This document shows, one piece after another, positions 34,607 to 48,930 of a stretch of DNA of 64,000 nucleotides. The notes under the pieces were generated by a model, which was not told the DNA's origin, searched no databases, and worked only from the letters and a program-made list of their open reading frames with translations. The stretch is taken from NCBI GenBank assembly GCA_965287045.1, contig OZ336885.1:40424001-40488000 (forward strand). Reading direction: 5' to 3'. A program made the translations under genes and the position numbers. The DNA comes from Carcharhinus amblyrhynchos (Eukaryota). Within the stretch, counting starts at the first letter, position 1; every line of letters starts with the position of its first letter.

Positions 34607-35772
34607 TATACGTGCGGCCCGTTATTCCTTTTACATTCCAAATATTTTTTGTTCCCATGTTTTAGGTGACTCTCAGATGTTAGCCCGAAGGAAATCTTTT
34701 CATTTGGACAAATACTTGTACAAATTCATAGCATACCTAGGGTTGGAACAAACAAAATATGACATTTATTCCAGCGATTGGTTTGTACTCTTGCGCTCCT
34801 TCTCTTCAGGAGGTGACACAATAATATGACATTATGCTGATTTGGCTCTAACTGGAAGTGTTTATTAAATGATAAAGAGAAGTTAGAAAATAACAGTAAC
34901 ATTATATTTTTAGGGTCGTAGCGTAGCCGTGTGTAATAAAAATAGTTTGCAAGCACTGAGTTAAATTAAAAATAATAATTCCAAAAAGGCAATTCTGTTC
35001 TCTTTTTTCACCAATTATTGAAGTTCTCTGTCATGTGTATCGTCTTTTAAAGACTTCAAACAGATTCCCTCACTTTTAAAAAATACGACTGAAAAATACC
35101 TTTAGTAAAGTGATCCAAGATATTTGACTTTAAATGGATAAATTCAGAAAGAGCCACTAATCTAAAATACATATGAGCAAATTGCATGAGATGCATATAC
35201 TTGAATTGAATGGATTACACTTTGGTCAGATGTATCTACCCAAGGCCAATTACTGATTTGGCAAGACTTGTCTCGACAGTGATGAGACTGTTTTAAAAAA
35301 CGTTATTGTGTTTGGAATGGGAACAAAAATATCACCATTTAGCATTGGTTCAGTTAATATTGTTAATAAAATAGTGGCAATATACCCGTTAAATTGTGCA
35401 AGGTTCACTGTAAAATGTTTGTCACAAACATCCTGCGTTCTATATGCACACACAATGTTTTCCCCAATGCTTCCATTCCAACCCTCCCTGCTGAAGTCCC
35501 TCATCTCTCAGCCTCCCATTCCACCCTTTTAAAACCCCCTCTGTCCTCTTTCGCCACTGAAAAGATCTTTAGCTTCTCCTCTCCTGCCCTTTCTCATGCC
35601 CTCTCTCCCACCTTCACCTATAGGCCTGACATTCCTCTTCTTCCGCTCCTATTCCCACCCTCCATTCTCACCTCTGAAGTCCCTGTCCATTGTCACCTTG
35701 TGACCATTGAAAAGTTTTTCAGTTGGCTTCTCTTCCATTTCAATCCTGTCCCCACTCTCAATTCATACTAAA

Positions 35773-37173
35773 GGGGGAGATTCACCGGTCCCGTTCACCT
35801 TTAGCAAGAATCCAACATCTCGCTGAATGGAGCATTGGTGCTAAAATGTGATTGTTGTGGTGCGTCACCATTTATCTGGCCTGCCCTGCTAGCCCCAATC
35901 AGTTTCCCACCCAGACTCACAGCTGCAGGCAACTTCAAAAGCAGCTAAGTGCTCTCGGTTCTTCTTTTGTATAAACATCGCAGTTAGGAACAATGGGGGA
36001 AATTCAGATGCATTCAACCATGAAGGGGAAGATAGACATTGCATGCTGTACAAAAACCATTAAGTAGCCACTTAATATCTTGTTAAACTGCCCTATGAAA
36101 TTGAATGAAAGCAACGTTTTTCAAAAGAAAGCAAAGGACTTCAAAGGATTTCTAAGCATTTGTGCTTTCTAAGAAGGCTCGGAGACCAGGAATAAATGCA
36201 GTGTTGGAAAAAAGGGGCTGAATAAGCAGCTGTGGAGAAGGGAACCCTCCCTCATGCAGTGGAAGTGACATTTCCTCAGTTAGAGCACTCAAAAGTGGTC
36301 TTCCCACACTTGTAGCTTCTGACAGAAAGAAAGTGGAATCCATTCTGAAAAATGGAGTGCTGCTGATATTTGGAAGCCTGCCAGGTATTAGGAGATTGAA
36401 GTGACCAGGCTACTTCAAATGTTTTATCAACTACAGACCAGAATGAAGACTTTAATCTGAGAAATGGTTGAAATCACCGTGTTAAGAATAATGTTCAGTT
36501 TTTTCAGGGCTAGAATGAGCAGTTTTGTCATTACATTCCGATCCAGGGTGAGAGCCTGGTGTATCCTCCCTCTGCAGCTTGGAAGTGGGAGAGGGGCACA
36601 TGAGGACTGCACTTACCTCTTTAACCCTCCTTGGAGTAAAAGCCCAGGCTGTCAGGGACCAGTACAAGGTTGGCACTGGGGATCTTGGGGAGGGTCATGA
36701 GCAATGTTCTTCAGAGGGTTGACCAGATGGGGCTTTAAGGGGGTCCACCTGGGAGTGTCTCTCTTGTGGTGAGAGATACATTGAGGCCTCTGGCTGGTGG
36801 GGGGAAGAATCAGATCACCCTCATGCCTGCGTGGTGTGGAGGCAGAGGTGGGAGGAAAGGATGGTAGTGACTCGTTTTTTCTGTGGTGGTACAGGGATTC
36901 TCCACTGTGATGAGGGATTGGTGATGCTCTTCTTTTCAGCAGTGGATGGGGTAGGGGAGAATCATCATTTCCATTGTGGGGGCAAGGAGGCCATCTGTCA
37001 GGGTGCCCAGATCTCTGAACCACCAGTTGACAGGGTGTTTAAAGCTCTGCATAAATTTAAATGGTTAGGGTTGGGTGAATCCCACCTCACAGCCTTTGCT
37101 AACACTGGTGTGAAACATTTTGGTTTTCCTGCTGGCGTGGGTACTTAGACTCAAAACAGGTGAATTGTGGCCC
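35773..37173. mobile_element. Possible decayed Harbinger-like non-autonomous element
   Basis: Ends GGGGGAGATTCACC and GGTGAATTGTGGCCC share an ATTCACC core; G-rich interior. Confidence 0.3.
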
Positions 37174-37498
37174 AAGTCTTGGTACTTTGATGGCTGTTAC
37201 CTGCACTGACCAATGTCTGCCACCAGATGGGGCCAGGCCAGTCCAAAATGTGGAGAGTACTTATGGTTAACATTTTTCACGTTAATTGTATATTATATTT
37301 CTTTTATTTTAAATGTACTTTATTTTAAAGATTATTTCATTTTTGGACATAAGAATTTAGACCCAAGATGCATGTTGGGAACCTGTGGAAGTCCTAACAC
37401 CCTGACCTCCGTGGGAATTGCCTGAGAAGTTTAAGCTCCGCTGAGCAATTCTCTTGCTCCACAGGACCCTCTGTGAACATCATTGAGTTAGAGTTAGA

Positions 37499-37652
37499 GG
37501 GTGGGATTTTACAGCCTTGCTCATCCTGAAACCAGAACATCCCACCCAAGGTCAACAGATCTTTCATATTCCAGACCCCCCCCCCCCCCCCCCCCCCCCC
37601 AACAGCTCACCCACTCCGATTCCTGTGGTGGGTAGGGTGGTAAAATTCTGAC
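37499..37652 (+). mobile_element. Short MITE with internal poly-C run
   Basis: TIRs GGGTGGGATTTTAC and GTAAAATTCTGACC. Confidence 0.75.
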
Positions 37653-39055
37653 CAGAGACTTCAGACAGTTCCAATGTACTTACCCAAGAGATGTTAGACA
37701 GATTAAAAACCTAGCTAGCCCCTCATAACTACAGACTGACCCCTTGCAAACATTTATTCATTTCCTGACAGCTACTCTGACATGATTACCCCTGCTGAGC
37801 ACATTATTTCCCAGATTTCTCCCTAGCTGTCCCCCCCACCTCACCCGCCCCCAACCCACCTAATCCTCCCACCCACTGCTAAATGTCTCAGCCCTCCCAA
37901 TCTAGCCGGCCTACCCATCCCAGCCCACCTATCCATTGACTCGCCTACCAGCCTACCCACTGACAACCCTCCGACTACCTGACCCGACAATTCCTACTGA
38001 CCACACTATTCTCTTGACTACCCCTCAGAACCCTGACTACTGCCCCAACCCCCAACCGTACCACCTGACCACACTGCCTACTGGATGAGCCCTCCTCCCC
38101 CCCACCCCGCCAACAGCTGCTCTCTGACCTGGTCAGACCACCTCTGTGACTACATGATCACCCGATTGTTTCCCAGTCTGACTACCCCTCCTAATCTAAC
38201 TCTGCATTCGAACACCTGCCATCTTGCCAGTCTCCCCATCTTCCGTGCCTGCCTCACCCGCTGCAATGGAGTTCTCGGAGGAATTCATCCAGTTTGGAAA
38301 TGATACGTGTCTCTTTCAGCAGTTGCAGTCAGTACTGGTAGTGACAAAAATATATGTCCAATTGGCCTACGAGTGGTTGAGTGGGTGTGATTACAAATGC
38401 CCACTTATCATTTTAACTTGGAGCGTTTGCATCTTCTGCTCTGGAAAGCTAACAGGAATCCAACAGTGATCAGAGTCAGAAGACCAAGTAAGAAGTATAA
38501 TTCCAGCAACACCATATGCCCCCTTCCCTTTTCATCATGAACTCAACATTTGCCTTTATTTCAATGTCTTAAACCATCTTTAAATATACTTTGTCAATCT
38601 CTGAAACTGCAACCTCACTCTTCAACAATGTTTATCCCCCTCAACTCCCCAAACTGTGCTCACTTCCCACCTCTGGACAATGTTCATTACCCCCACCCCC
38701 TACCCCACCCCAGCCCCCACCCCCCCCCAGCCTAACCGCACAGTCCTCAACAATGCTGACTTTTCTAATGTTGGTCATGTGAGACTGGGGGGGGGATAAG
38801 AACTGTCCAGAGGAGCACTGTGCAGGGATAGAAAGGTAGAAAACAGGGTAAGTATAAGTATAGGTCAAATAGTCCAACATCTGTCTGGAAATAGTGATGA
38901 GAAGCCACAATCTCAATGAATGGTGCAGGGTAAAACCAGCAATAAGAAGTCTTATGGTTCAATTCAGAACGTCCAGTTTTTTATGAAGACTGCCTGAATG
39001 ATCAGTTTAACATCTTGAATTTGGCTAGGATAAGTATGATATGTTCCACTTCAGA

Positions 39056-39639
39056 TGTGATTCAAAAGACCCACTAGGGAGCTTTGACCAAACAAAGTTT
39101 ATTTAACATGTATAGTAAGAAAATTAGCAAGAACTTGTATCAATTACAAACAAGAAACAAAACAACCACTATAATGTATAACACGTAATGAATATCTCTA
39201 ATGTGTTCCAATAAAAAACAAAACCCATAGACAACGAAAAACTATTTTCACAGGTTTAACGCAGCACAGACTAATGCTTAGGTAATACTGGGATCAAAGT
39301 CGTTAATTGAATTCTGCAGTCCAATTCTGTTCCAACGAACAGGTTGAAGAAAAGACAGCTTTCCAAAGCACTAGAGAGACTCTGATCCAGCCCCCAAGAA
39401 CAACAGATTTTCACCCTTCATGAAACCAACAGAACATTCAAAACAACAGGAAGAGAGAGAAAACCTTTCTTTTTAGCTTGCTGTCCCTTCTAAAACTCAG
39501 CTCTAACTTGTAGCTCCAATCTGAAAATGAAATCCCTGATACTGAGCTGCACATTTTTTTTCTCCTTCCAACAATGACATCACCTAAGGCTGTGAGCATG
39601 AATATAAAAAATAATTCTTAAAGGTACACTAACATTATG
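39056..39639 (-). mobile_element. Solo LTR
   Basis: Starts TGTGA on plus, AATAAA on minus near 39100, other end homologous to 330-409. No clear target duplication. Confidence 0.6.
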
Positions 39640-39889
39640 GAAGTTTAAGCTTCTTGTGTAAATATCATGCATGTATGGATGTTAGGACTTACTCAGGGTC
39701 TCAGGGTACATCAGCGATTTAAGCCAATTCATTCACTACTCCCTGTATTGGAGGATTCAGGCCATTGTCTATTGGATGCTAAGTTATATGAATCGAAAAT
39801 AAACAGCTCAATGGAACAGGCTCTGCAATACATACAAAGTGCTTTAGAAGTAAACATTGTGGGAAACAAATACAAGGAAAAGAAAAAAG

Positions 39890-40320
39890 GACTTTAATAT
39901 TCATATCACAGTTTATATATCTCTCAGGAATGTCTCCAAAGACTGGGCACCAGTGAGTTACTTTGAAGTACAATGGTTGCTGTTCACATCTAACGGCAAC
40001 AAATATTTTGCAAAAAAAAATGATTTTGTGAACAGCATGCGAGGAGTGACCCATCAATCTATATTTGAGATTTCAATTGCAAGACAAATTATGCCGAAGA
40101 CGCGAGGAACTTTCTGCTCTGCACCCCTTCCCCCCAATTGTATAATAGGGGTCTTTATCCAGCCAAACCAGTTGGTTAGGCTTAGCGCTTCATCTTGCAG
40201 CACATCCCTTCAAACAATCAAGTAATCCTTCAGTACAGCACAGAAGTGTGAGCTCAAACAATAAGTTCAGCACATGGGGAGTACCTTCTGGCCTTTTGGT
40301 GAATGAACGTACAATTGAGA
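39890..40320 (-). mobile_element. Old Deu-domain-like SINE relic
   Basis: Diverged collinear similarity to 7882-8140 and 48115-48410. Confidence 0.45.
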
Positions 40321-41177
40321 CAGAAATCCAGAGAACTGCCTTAGAAAGAGAAAACTCTGCCCTTTGATCTCACTTGCTGAAAATCAGATGGTTTTGTGAA
40401 ATGTGTAGAAGTGTGTACAAGAGAGGCAGCTAGTGAAGAATACAGTAAACTTAGCAAAATAATTGGCAATATTGCAGCGAGATGTTGAAATAATGCTTTA
40501 AATTTAAATAACCGGAACAAGATAAGTAAAGGAAGATATACACTAAAGGGAATCTTTTGTACTTATAGCCTTATCACATAATTTGTAGAGGAAAAGTAAA
40601 TGTTCATTCTTCAGATTCCAAAATTTGATTGCTTTGTAGTATTGCAGTAATTATACAGAAGTGGGAAATTAAAAGCTGTATCAATTCCTATGATTAAGTG
40701 CTTCCTTCTGATATCAATAGCTCTGATTTCCTATTTTAATTCATCATTTTTATCTCTAATTGTATCACAAAGTTTTAATTAAACCACATGATTCCGTTCT
40801 GAGAAACAATGTAGCTTTCTTTGCCTATTTTTGGTCACAAAATTACAATCTAAGGCACTGTCTTATTATGTTGTAACTTTCCTCCTCAGTGAGATGCATC
40901 AAATAATGGCAGAGTTCTCCTATTTTGAGAAAATGTGGTGATGGGGTCTCCAAGGAAGCTTATCCCACTGGCCAGAATGGCAGATTCAGCTTTTGAACCT
41001 CTTAAATTTTGCTCAGGGGCATTCACTCTGTATCACCTGACGGTCCGGCAGCTGATTTGTCTGCCCACAGTCAGTTGTTGGGTTCAAAGGTCCCAGTACC
41101 ATATTTAAACAATGGTCCATAACACTCCCATCACACTCTCCAGCCCATCTGTCTTCACCATGCCATGCAGGTTGTCA

Positions 41178-41517
41178 GAATCATAGAACCCCTACAGTGC
41201 AGAAGGAGGCCATTTAGCCCGTTGAGTCTGAACTGACAACAATCCCAACCAGGCCCTATCCCCATTACCTCACGTTTTGACCCTGCTAATCCCTCTAACC
41301 TAGCATCCCGGGACACTGAAGGGCAATTTAGCATGGCCAATGAACCTAACTTACACATCTTTGGACTGTGGGAGGAGACCGGAGCACCCGGGGGAAACCT
41401 GCACAGACATGGGGAGAATGTGCAAACTCCACACAGACAGTGACCCAATCCGGGAATGGAACCCAGGTGCATGGAGCTGTGAGGCAGCAGTGCTAACCAC
41501 TGTGCCACCCTGCTGCC
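41178..41517 (-). mobile_element. HE1-like SINE, full length
   Basis: Complete head, body and tail; TCAGA at both flanks (41175-41179, 41518-41522). Confidence 0.93.
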
Positions 41518-41895
41518 TCAGAGGCAAAAGGCTAATAACTTCAAGTAGAAGGCAACACCAGCTTTCACTGGACCAGAGCCCTGGAGGTCCTTATGTGGGG
41601 TATCCCAGTCCTCTGACATGGCCAAGGGAAGGTTTGGGAAAACATTCTAAGCTCATCTCTCCATCCTGAGAGGTCAGCGTGGATGTGAAGGAAGCAGAAG
41701 AATGATCTTATCTGCTCTGCCAGGGTAAATCCTCTCTCGGCTCCCTGCAATATTAAATCACCAGCATGTTGCCATGTGCTCAAATGACTACTCTCTTCAC
41801 AGATCCCTCATATCCATTAGCGGTGGACATATGTCAACATACATTCTCTCAACATCACCATCCCATCTGTCTTTGCATTTGAACTCCAATCTCGG

Positions 41896-42023
41896 NNNNN
41901 NNNNNNNNNNNNNNNNNNNNNNNNNNNNNNNNNNNNNNNNNNNNNNNNNNNNNNNNNNNNNNNNNNNNNNNNNNNNNNNNNNNNNNNNNNNNNNNNNNNN
42001 NNNNNNNNNNNNNNNNNNNNNNN
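41896..42023. other. Assembly gap (128 N)
   Basis: Run of n. Confidence 1.
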
Positions 42024-45000
42024 ACACAACTTCTGTTCCATCTACTCTGATCATATCTCTTTCTTTTGTCTCTAAACAGACCAAACTTGAGAGTTGACCC
42101 AGACAGGAGGGGCATTGGTGGGGTTTGGCATGGGGGTTTCCGGGGTAGGGGGGGGGTAGTAAAATGACAGATAAGCTCACCCTCAGTGAGTGGGGAGCCT
42201 GCTGCAGTGCTGCGAGGGCAGAGATCACTCTTGTGGCAACACAAAGCTTGGCCTCTTGCAACAACCTAGTTTAGATCTCAGCTCCTTCACTTCATCCAGT
42301 AGTGCAACCCACAGCAGTACCATGTACTCAGAAATAGCTTCAGCTCATCCACTAAATCTATCCTTTTATCTTTTGCAGGTACCAGCAGACCGTGGCCAGC
42401 TAGCTAGCCCAACAGCTCTCTGAGCCCCCAGAGCACATCTGAAAATGAGGGGGGGCTCAGGAAGAACAGTCATAGAGCTCACCTGCGTGCTTCATCAGAG
42501 CAGAGACACACCTCGATAGGGCAATAGTTCAAAGTTAGACTCAAGGTCACTTTCAGGAGAACACACTTATTCCCACAGCACTTGGAAGCAAGAAAAGGTG
42601 ACACTCAGAAGGCTGCTGGAGACCAGCCACGTGCTCAGCCCCAGTCGGATGATGAGCCTCTGTCTGGAGATGCAAAAGAAGGCAGCAGAACATTGTGCAG
42701 AGATTCGATAGACTAGAGCGAATGATGGAAGAATTCATTCTCATGTCTCATGTTGTTGTTCTGACATGTGAATGCATCAAGGTCATCATGGGAAGGTTGG
42801 CAACTGTCATAGAGACCTTGGTCCAGCAGATCCTGTCAGATTTGTTCTCTGCCATGCATTCCATGGCCTTACACTCTACCAGCGATCATCAGGATGTAGG
42901 CAAATGAGGATGAGGCACAGTTCCCCATTTCTTGCAGGAGTCAGACAGGGAACCTCTGACGCTCTGAGAAGGATGCGAGTCAGCCAGACACACAAAGTCT
43001 CCACTCAGGACTCTCCCAGGGTGTATCGCCGCTCAGAATCCTCTCTGGCAATGTTCTTGGCAAATCAAATAAACTAAATCAAATAAGCTGAGGTACAAAG
43101 TAAAAGAGGCACCCCTTAAATTATTGGGGGTTGGGTCGGGGGGAATAAACAAAAACAAAAAACAAAGTGTAAAGGAAACTTAAAACAGCAAACCAAAATG
43201 TGATGAAAAGGGCCAATAATATAACCCAGCCCCTGTGGAGCCCAATGAGCATGGAAGGTCTCAATAATGCCTGTGTACTTCTCCAGGGACAACTGGCCAT
43301 GAAGGTAGCTGTGGCAAAGGGGCAGATAGTCAAGTTAGATTATCCTCTTAAGCGTGCAGAGTGAGCATATTCTCAGGAGACCGATGACCACAGCTAAAAT
43401 CTGATACTAGTGAATTGTGAGCTTCTTAAATTCAAGTGTGAAGTCTGTCCTAACAATGATTGCGGAGTTATTCCCTCAGAAGTCACAAATTGGCTTGGAG
43501 GGTGAGAAGAGTTGTCTCCTGATGATTGGATGCAGCTTTGTTTCACTTGGAACTTTTCAGCTATGAGGGTACCATGAGCACGCCTCCTGCATTTCCCCTC
43601 CCCAGTGATATCATGGTGCTCACGTTGTTGCTCAGCATCCCCCTGGATTCTGATGCGCAGCTATTTTAATGAAGATTCATACCACCAGCCAGCTGGAAGA
43701 CAAAGCCTCCATTAACCTACCATCAGGAGAATTGCAATGTGATTTTACACTTGCAGCTTTCTAACATTTTTGACTCTCTCTAGATTCACCCACCACTCCT
43801 GTTCTGCCACCAAACCAATTGCAGGTGGGATGGGAGAAATCTGCCCAATGTGATATAAATAAATGCTGTTAAACAGCTTCTAAATGAAGCGACTCTGATG
43901 CTATCACATAGTCATTATTTAAATGACTGATACTTGCTTTGTAGTTATCAGGTCATTTCCTTTGAAACATTTTCATCTTTTGCAGAATCCAAGCTGTTCC
44001 CAGTAGAATCACTGACCATTCTTGTCGCTCCATTGGTTCCTTCAATTTCTTCATAGATTAGGCAACACTTCAAGTTCAGTGATGGAAACAGCCATGCCTC
44101 TATAGATCGTCCTCCTTCTGAAAGAACACTTTCTTCCAGTTCTTTCTCTTCAGACATCACAAATCCCATCCTGACTTTTCTTTCTAATTTCTGAAATGTA
44201 ATCACAGTAACCCAGGTTGCAACAAGAAAACAGTCAAAATTATTTGCTAGTTTGTGAAGAATTACACATTTTCATTATGATTATACTCAAAAGGATCAAG
44301 TTGCCCTTTGACCATGTTTCAAGATGTTGCAATTCAACTTCTGCCAAAGCAATCCCAAATTGCTCTTTAGTAAATAAAGAAGAGCAAAAGGAACACCTGT
44401 GGTATTTAGAAGCTGTTCATAATAGTTTTATTCTGTGCATTAGTCCAGTCACAGGTTGGAATTTTTCCATTTTTGTTAAGTGTTGTCTCAGGCAGGAAAA
44501 GCAGAGGGCTGTTCGCCAGCTTTTTTATTGGGTTCCCGCTGTATTTTTAAGTACTTAAGGGAAAGGTTCCAAGATGTCCTCTAGAGCATGGCTCACCAGT
44601 AATCTCGGCTTCTAACAGATAAGGGCACAGCGATCTAAAAGAAAATAGAAACTAACACACCCCAGGGAATGCCACTCTTCCAACCAATCAGGGATTCTGC
44701 CCCACCAAGGAACACCCCTGCACTCCACCCATGGATACCCCTTCCCCTCCGCTGTCTCTCCCCACCATATAACCTGACCCCATCCCCCCCATGAACACTG
44801 GATCCTACCCATGGAAACACCCCTCCTTCCCCGCCAGCCCCCCCCCCCCACCTCCATTAACACCCCATAGGCCCCCACCTTTCCATCACATAACTTGGAG
44901 CCAGAAACTTCCCTATGGAACCCCTTCCCCATGGAAGTCTCCCCCAGTCCTCCCGAGTGGATCCTGTTGGAATCTCCACGCCTTGCATCCTTGTCGCTTG

Positions 45001-45242
45001 CTGAAAACGGGGCTGAAAAGTCTACCCCCCCCCCCCCCCCCCCACCGCCCCCGGAGTGTTTGTTCTTACGTATTTTCATACAAGCTGTTAATATGTTGTT
45101 CTTCCTGGGTATCAGTGCCCTTCCATAAATGTACTTTATGGTATTTGATATTGAAAGCATTGTGTATGTTTCTAACTAAGTTAACAGCCTGAAAAAGCTT
45201 TTATCAGTTTTAATCAATTGAGAAATCTACTGCCATGCATTA

Positions 45243-45735
45243 TGAAACATAGAAACATAGGAACTAGCAGGAGCAGGCCATTCATCCTCTTGAACCTGTT
45301 CCACCATTTATAATGATCATGGCTGATCATCAATTTCAATATCCTGATCACCATTTCCCACCTTTGATATCCTTTGATCTCTTCAGTCCCAAAAGCTATG
45401 TCTATTTTTTTCTTGAAATCACACAAAGTTTTCACCTCAGTAGTAAATTTTACATTCACCACTCTCTGGGTGACTAAATTTCTCTACGCCACAGTTCTAA
45501 AATGTTTATCCGTTATCCTCAAACTATGACCCCGAGTTCTGGACTTCCCGCTATCAGGAACATTTTTTCTGAATTTAGCTGTCTAATACTGTTAGAATTT
45601 TATAAATTTCTATGAATCTCCTTTCATTTTTCCAACTCCAGTGAATATAATCCTAACCGATTTAGTCTCTCCTCATATGGATCTGCCATCCCAGGAATCT
45701 TTGCTGCACTCACTCTATAACAACCATATCCTTCC
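45243..45735 (-). mobile_element. CR1 3' fragment
   Basis: AAACATAGAAACATAG tail and homology to 26660-27160. Confidence 0.85.
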
Positions 45736-46924
45736 ACAAGGATGAAAGCTGACAACTTTAATCTATATTAACAGAGATGTTTTTCTTCATTGAATGATCT
45801 GAAAGGAAATGGAGTGAAATGCTGAGTGAGTACCTGATTGGACTCGGCAGTTAGGTTTTTGGAGCAGAGGACCTAGAATGTTCAATGGTCGGAACCTGGA
45901 GGTTAGTCCCAAGATGTGATGGGGGAAACCCCTCGCAAGTTCCCATGTGACTGGGGCCCTCTCAAACTCTTGCATTAAGAGTTGGAGATTTTCGATGGTT
46001 TCAACTTAATGGAATAATGACTCAGGAAAAGCTTAGATGAATTAAATCAGCTCTAGATATGATGCTAATGCCACCCCAACCCCTTACCCACTCATCTGCC
46101 AGTCACTCATTTAATTTATATTACCCTCTTACCATAGCTTCTCAAAGTCACTTTAGGACATTTATACTTACCAGAATACAGCAGCTAGTAACATAAAAAG
46201 AAGTCATGGATTGGCTTCCCCAGATGATCTTTGCCACATGAATTGATTCCCTGAATAGATATGTTCCACATTTCTGAGGAGGCCCATTTTGGAAGTCTGG
46301 GCAATATGGAATTTCAATACAAATTAAGTAAGTGGGAGTGGAGTGAAGGCCATCTGGCTCAGTGGTAGCACCTGTTAGATTGGACCAGAAGCTCCAATTT
46401 TGAGTGCAACGCCAGATCGTGTTCACCATGGAAAGAGCGTTCAAATCAGTTCAATGGACTGATAATCAGGTCAGAAATCCTTCCACTACTTCCCCCATTA
46501 TTACCCAAAGGGTAAAAAAAACAGTGTGAAGATATGTGAACAACAATAATAACAACAACAACAATAGGAATTGCATGGCAATCAACAGTAATTGCTCTTC
46601 CTTGGAAGATTTGGCCTTTGTGGTTTATGAAAGGAAAGATCGAGATGGTGGTGATGGCAACATTGGAGAAATTGAGACAGGAAGCTTAGTGACCTTCCCT
46701 CTATCATAAGGTCAGAAATCTAGATAATTACTGTATTCATAGTGTTCCGTTCCAAACACACATCGCTCAGAGATTGAAGAAGTCTGTGCCCTCAGCTCAC
46801 CATTGAGCTGAAACTGAGCAGGACCAATCACTTAAATATTCTTCACCACAAGTTAGGCTGTGAATCCTGAAGTAAGTATTTCACCTTCTGATTGTCCCAA
46901 GCCAATCCACCATTTACAACGCAC

Positions 46925-47203
46925 AGTTAGTAGAAATGTGATGGAATCCTCTATGAATTCTTCTCCAACATAATCAAAGAAGCTTCGTGGAGTCCAGGGC
47001 ATTGCAGCCCATTTGATTGGCACCACATTCACCTCCTTAAATACTCAGTCGTTTCACATTTGATTTGCAGTGGCTGCATTATCTGCCATCGCAAAGATGC
47101 ACAACAGCAACCTGCTAAGGATCTTCATCAGTACATCCAAACCCACCTCTACTGCCTATGTTGATGGAGGAGCAGATGCATGGGAACACCACCATCTGCA
47201 AGT
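46925..47203 (+). mobile_element. LINE family B fragment
   Basis: GCAGATGCATGGGAACACCACCATCTGCAAGTT matches 3460-3492. Confidence 0.7.
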
Positions 47204-48114
47204 TACAAGGGAACCACAAACTAAAATAATTACATTTACCAAATGACACCCCTTTTCCCCAAATGAAGACATTACTAATAAGATTTCACTTTTTGTAACT
47301 TTTACTTCAACACAAATCAGAACTAATGTAAATTACCCATGAATTAACAACCCTTGATACTTCAAATAAAACCATTTCAGTTTAAATAGTTGGTACAACA
47401 AAGCTAATTCTTCATACAAAACCCTAACCCCCAGTTTTCTACCTCAGCCACAGGTATGAAGGGTCTCTCCCTTTCTGACACAATTGATTCAGCCCTCAAG
47501 TCATGTTCACTAGCAAACTTATAATAAATTTTGGTCTGCAGGTACGATCAACACCAAAGCACAAATCTATGTGAACCCTCTCCCTCATTCAAGTTGCATC
47601 AGACCTGATGATGTAACTTTCTAAATGTTCTTTTTCAACCAATGAGCCAACAATCTGGTCCTCTGCTATAAACTCTCAGCTATTTAGCATGCCTGAGTTA
47701 TTTTGATTCAGTCCCTTTTAGTTCGCTCATTCATCACATCGTTAAGAGCTTCAGGAATTCTATTTTTCTCCTCATTGCCAAACAGAACACAGCTCTATGC
47801 TGGCTTCTCCTCTGATAAAATTCTTTCCATCTCTGCTTCCTCTTTATGTCTGCAGATGCATGCTGATTGCCCTTACTCAATCTGTTCAACCTTTCCTCAC
47901 AAGAAATTCAATTCATCCCAGGAATCAGCCGAGTGAACCTTCTCTGAACTGTTTCCAGTACAAGAATGCCTTTCTTTAAGCTAAGAGACTAGGACTAAAA
48001 CTGTACACGGTACCCAAGGTTCTGAAGTCCTCTGAGACTTGGGGCTTCTGTGTTTTTCCAGACATGCCACTGCAGCCATGAAACAAATTGATACCAATGT
48101 CCCTCTATTCACTG

Positions 48115-48930
48115 AGGGGATTGCATGTATAAAGCAAAGTTTGGATTTGGATTAGGCCTATTTTTGATCTCCAAAAGATGTACTTTTGAAGTATAATCAC
48201 TGTTGTAATATAGAAAATGCATTAGCCATATTCTGCACAGCTGGCTGCCACAAAAAGCATTGTCAGTTGATGAATAAATATTGCACAGGACACTGGGGAA
48301 ATTTTCCATTCTTGACTTCAATAGTGCCATAGTATATTTTACACCCGACACAGCCAGAAACATGATTTAATGTCTCAACAACCTCACAACTGCAGTGGAA
48401 CCTTAGGCTAGAGCAGTGATGGGTGACTTAGGCTAGTGAATAGGCCACATGAATAATCCTATTTCATCTCTGTGGGCTGTAAGATTAAAATTTGGCTTGT
48501 TCACTAGCTATGGCCCCCTGGGAAAGGTTAAATACATTTAATTCACACCAAATATTTCATAACGAGCTATAGAAAATGCTTGATTATTCATATATTAATA
48601 GAACTATCAACTTCAAATGGTTAAAAAATAAGAAATATTTACGCTTGGGCGCAAAGGGAGCACAAGCCTCTTATGGTCAATGGCGTATGCAATTGGCCTG
48701 CACCTCACTTCACTTGTTCATGCTTCACGTGCAGTCATACCAGTAGGAAAAAAATCTACATGGACAGAAATCAGTAGAGTGTGCCACCCCTGTGCATGAG
48801 CAGTAGTCAACAAAGTGTCTCGTGGGTCACTCTCAGAACCCAGTTGGGCTGTATATAGCCCCTGGGTTGCAGGTTGCTCATCACTAGCTTAGATTGGTGT
48901 GCTCTGGAATCTGGAGCCCATGCAATGTAA
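48115..48930 (-). mobile_element. Deu-domain-like SINE split by a hAT MITE
   Basis: TACTTTTGAAGT.TA.TCACTGTTGTAAT and CAGGACACTGGGG..AATAGTGCCAT motifs. Confidence 0.6.
48414..48886. mobile_element. hAT (Charlie-like) MITE
   Basis: TIRs CAGTGATGGGTGACTT and AGGTTGCTCATCACTA; 8-bp flanks GGCTAGAG / GCTTAGAT share the TAGA core. Confidence 0.75.

Larger units (their letters stand above)
40908..43846 (+). mobile_element. Decayed Harbinger element (~2.9 kb) bounded by TIRs
   Basis: GGCAGAGTTCTCC and GGGAGAAATCTGCCC ends, each flanked by AAT; coiled-coil-like relic RLERMMEE..MGRLATVIETLVQ. Spans the assembly gap, so contiguity is uncertain. Confidence 0.5.

Noticed and set aside
41774-42264. ORFs spanning X runs
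   Set aside because: Artefacts of the N gap.
44612-45192. 182-aa and 133-aa Gly/Pro-rich ORFs
   Set aside because: Arise from a C-rich non-autonomous element interior and a poly-C run.
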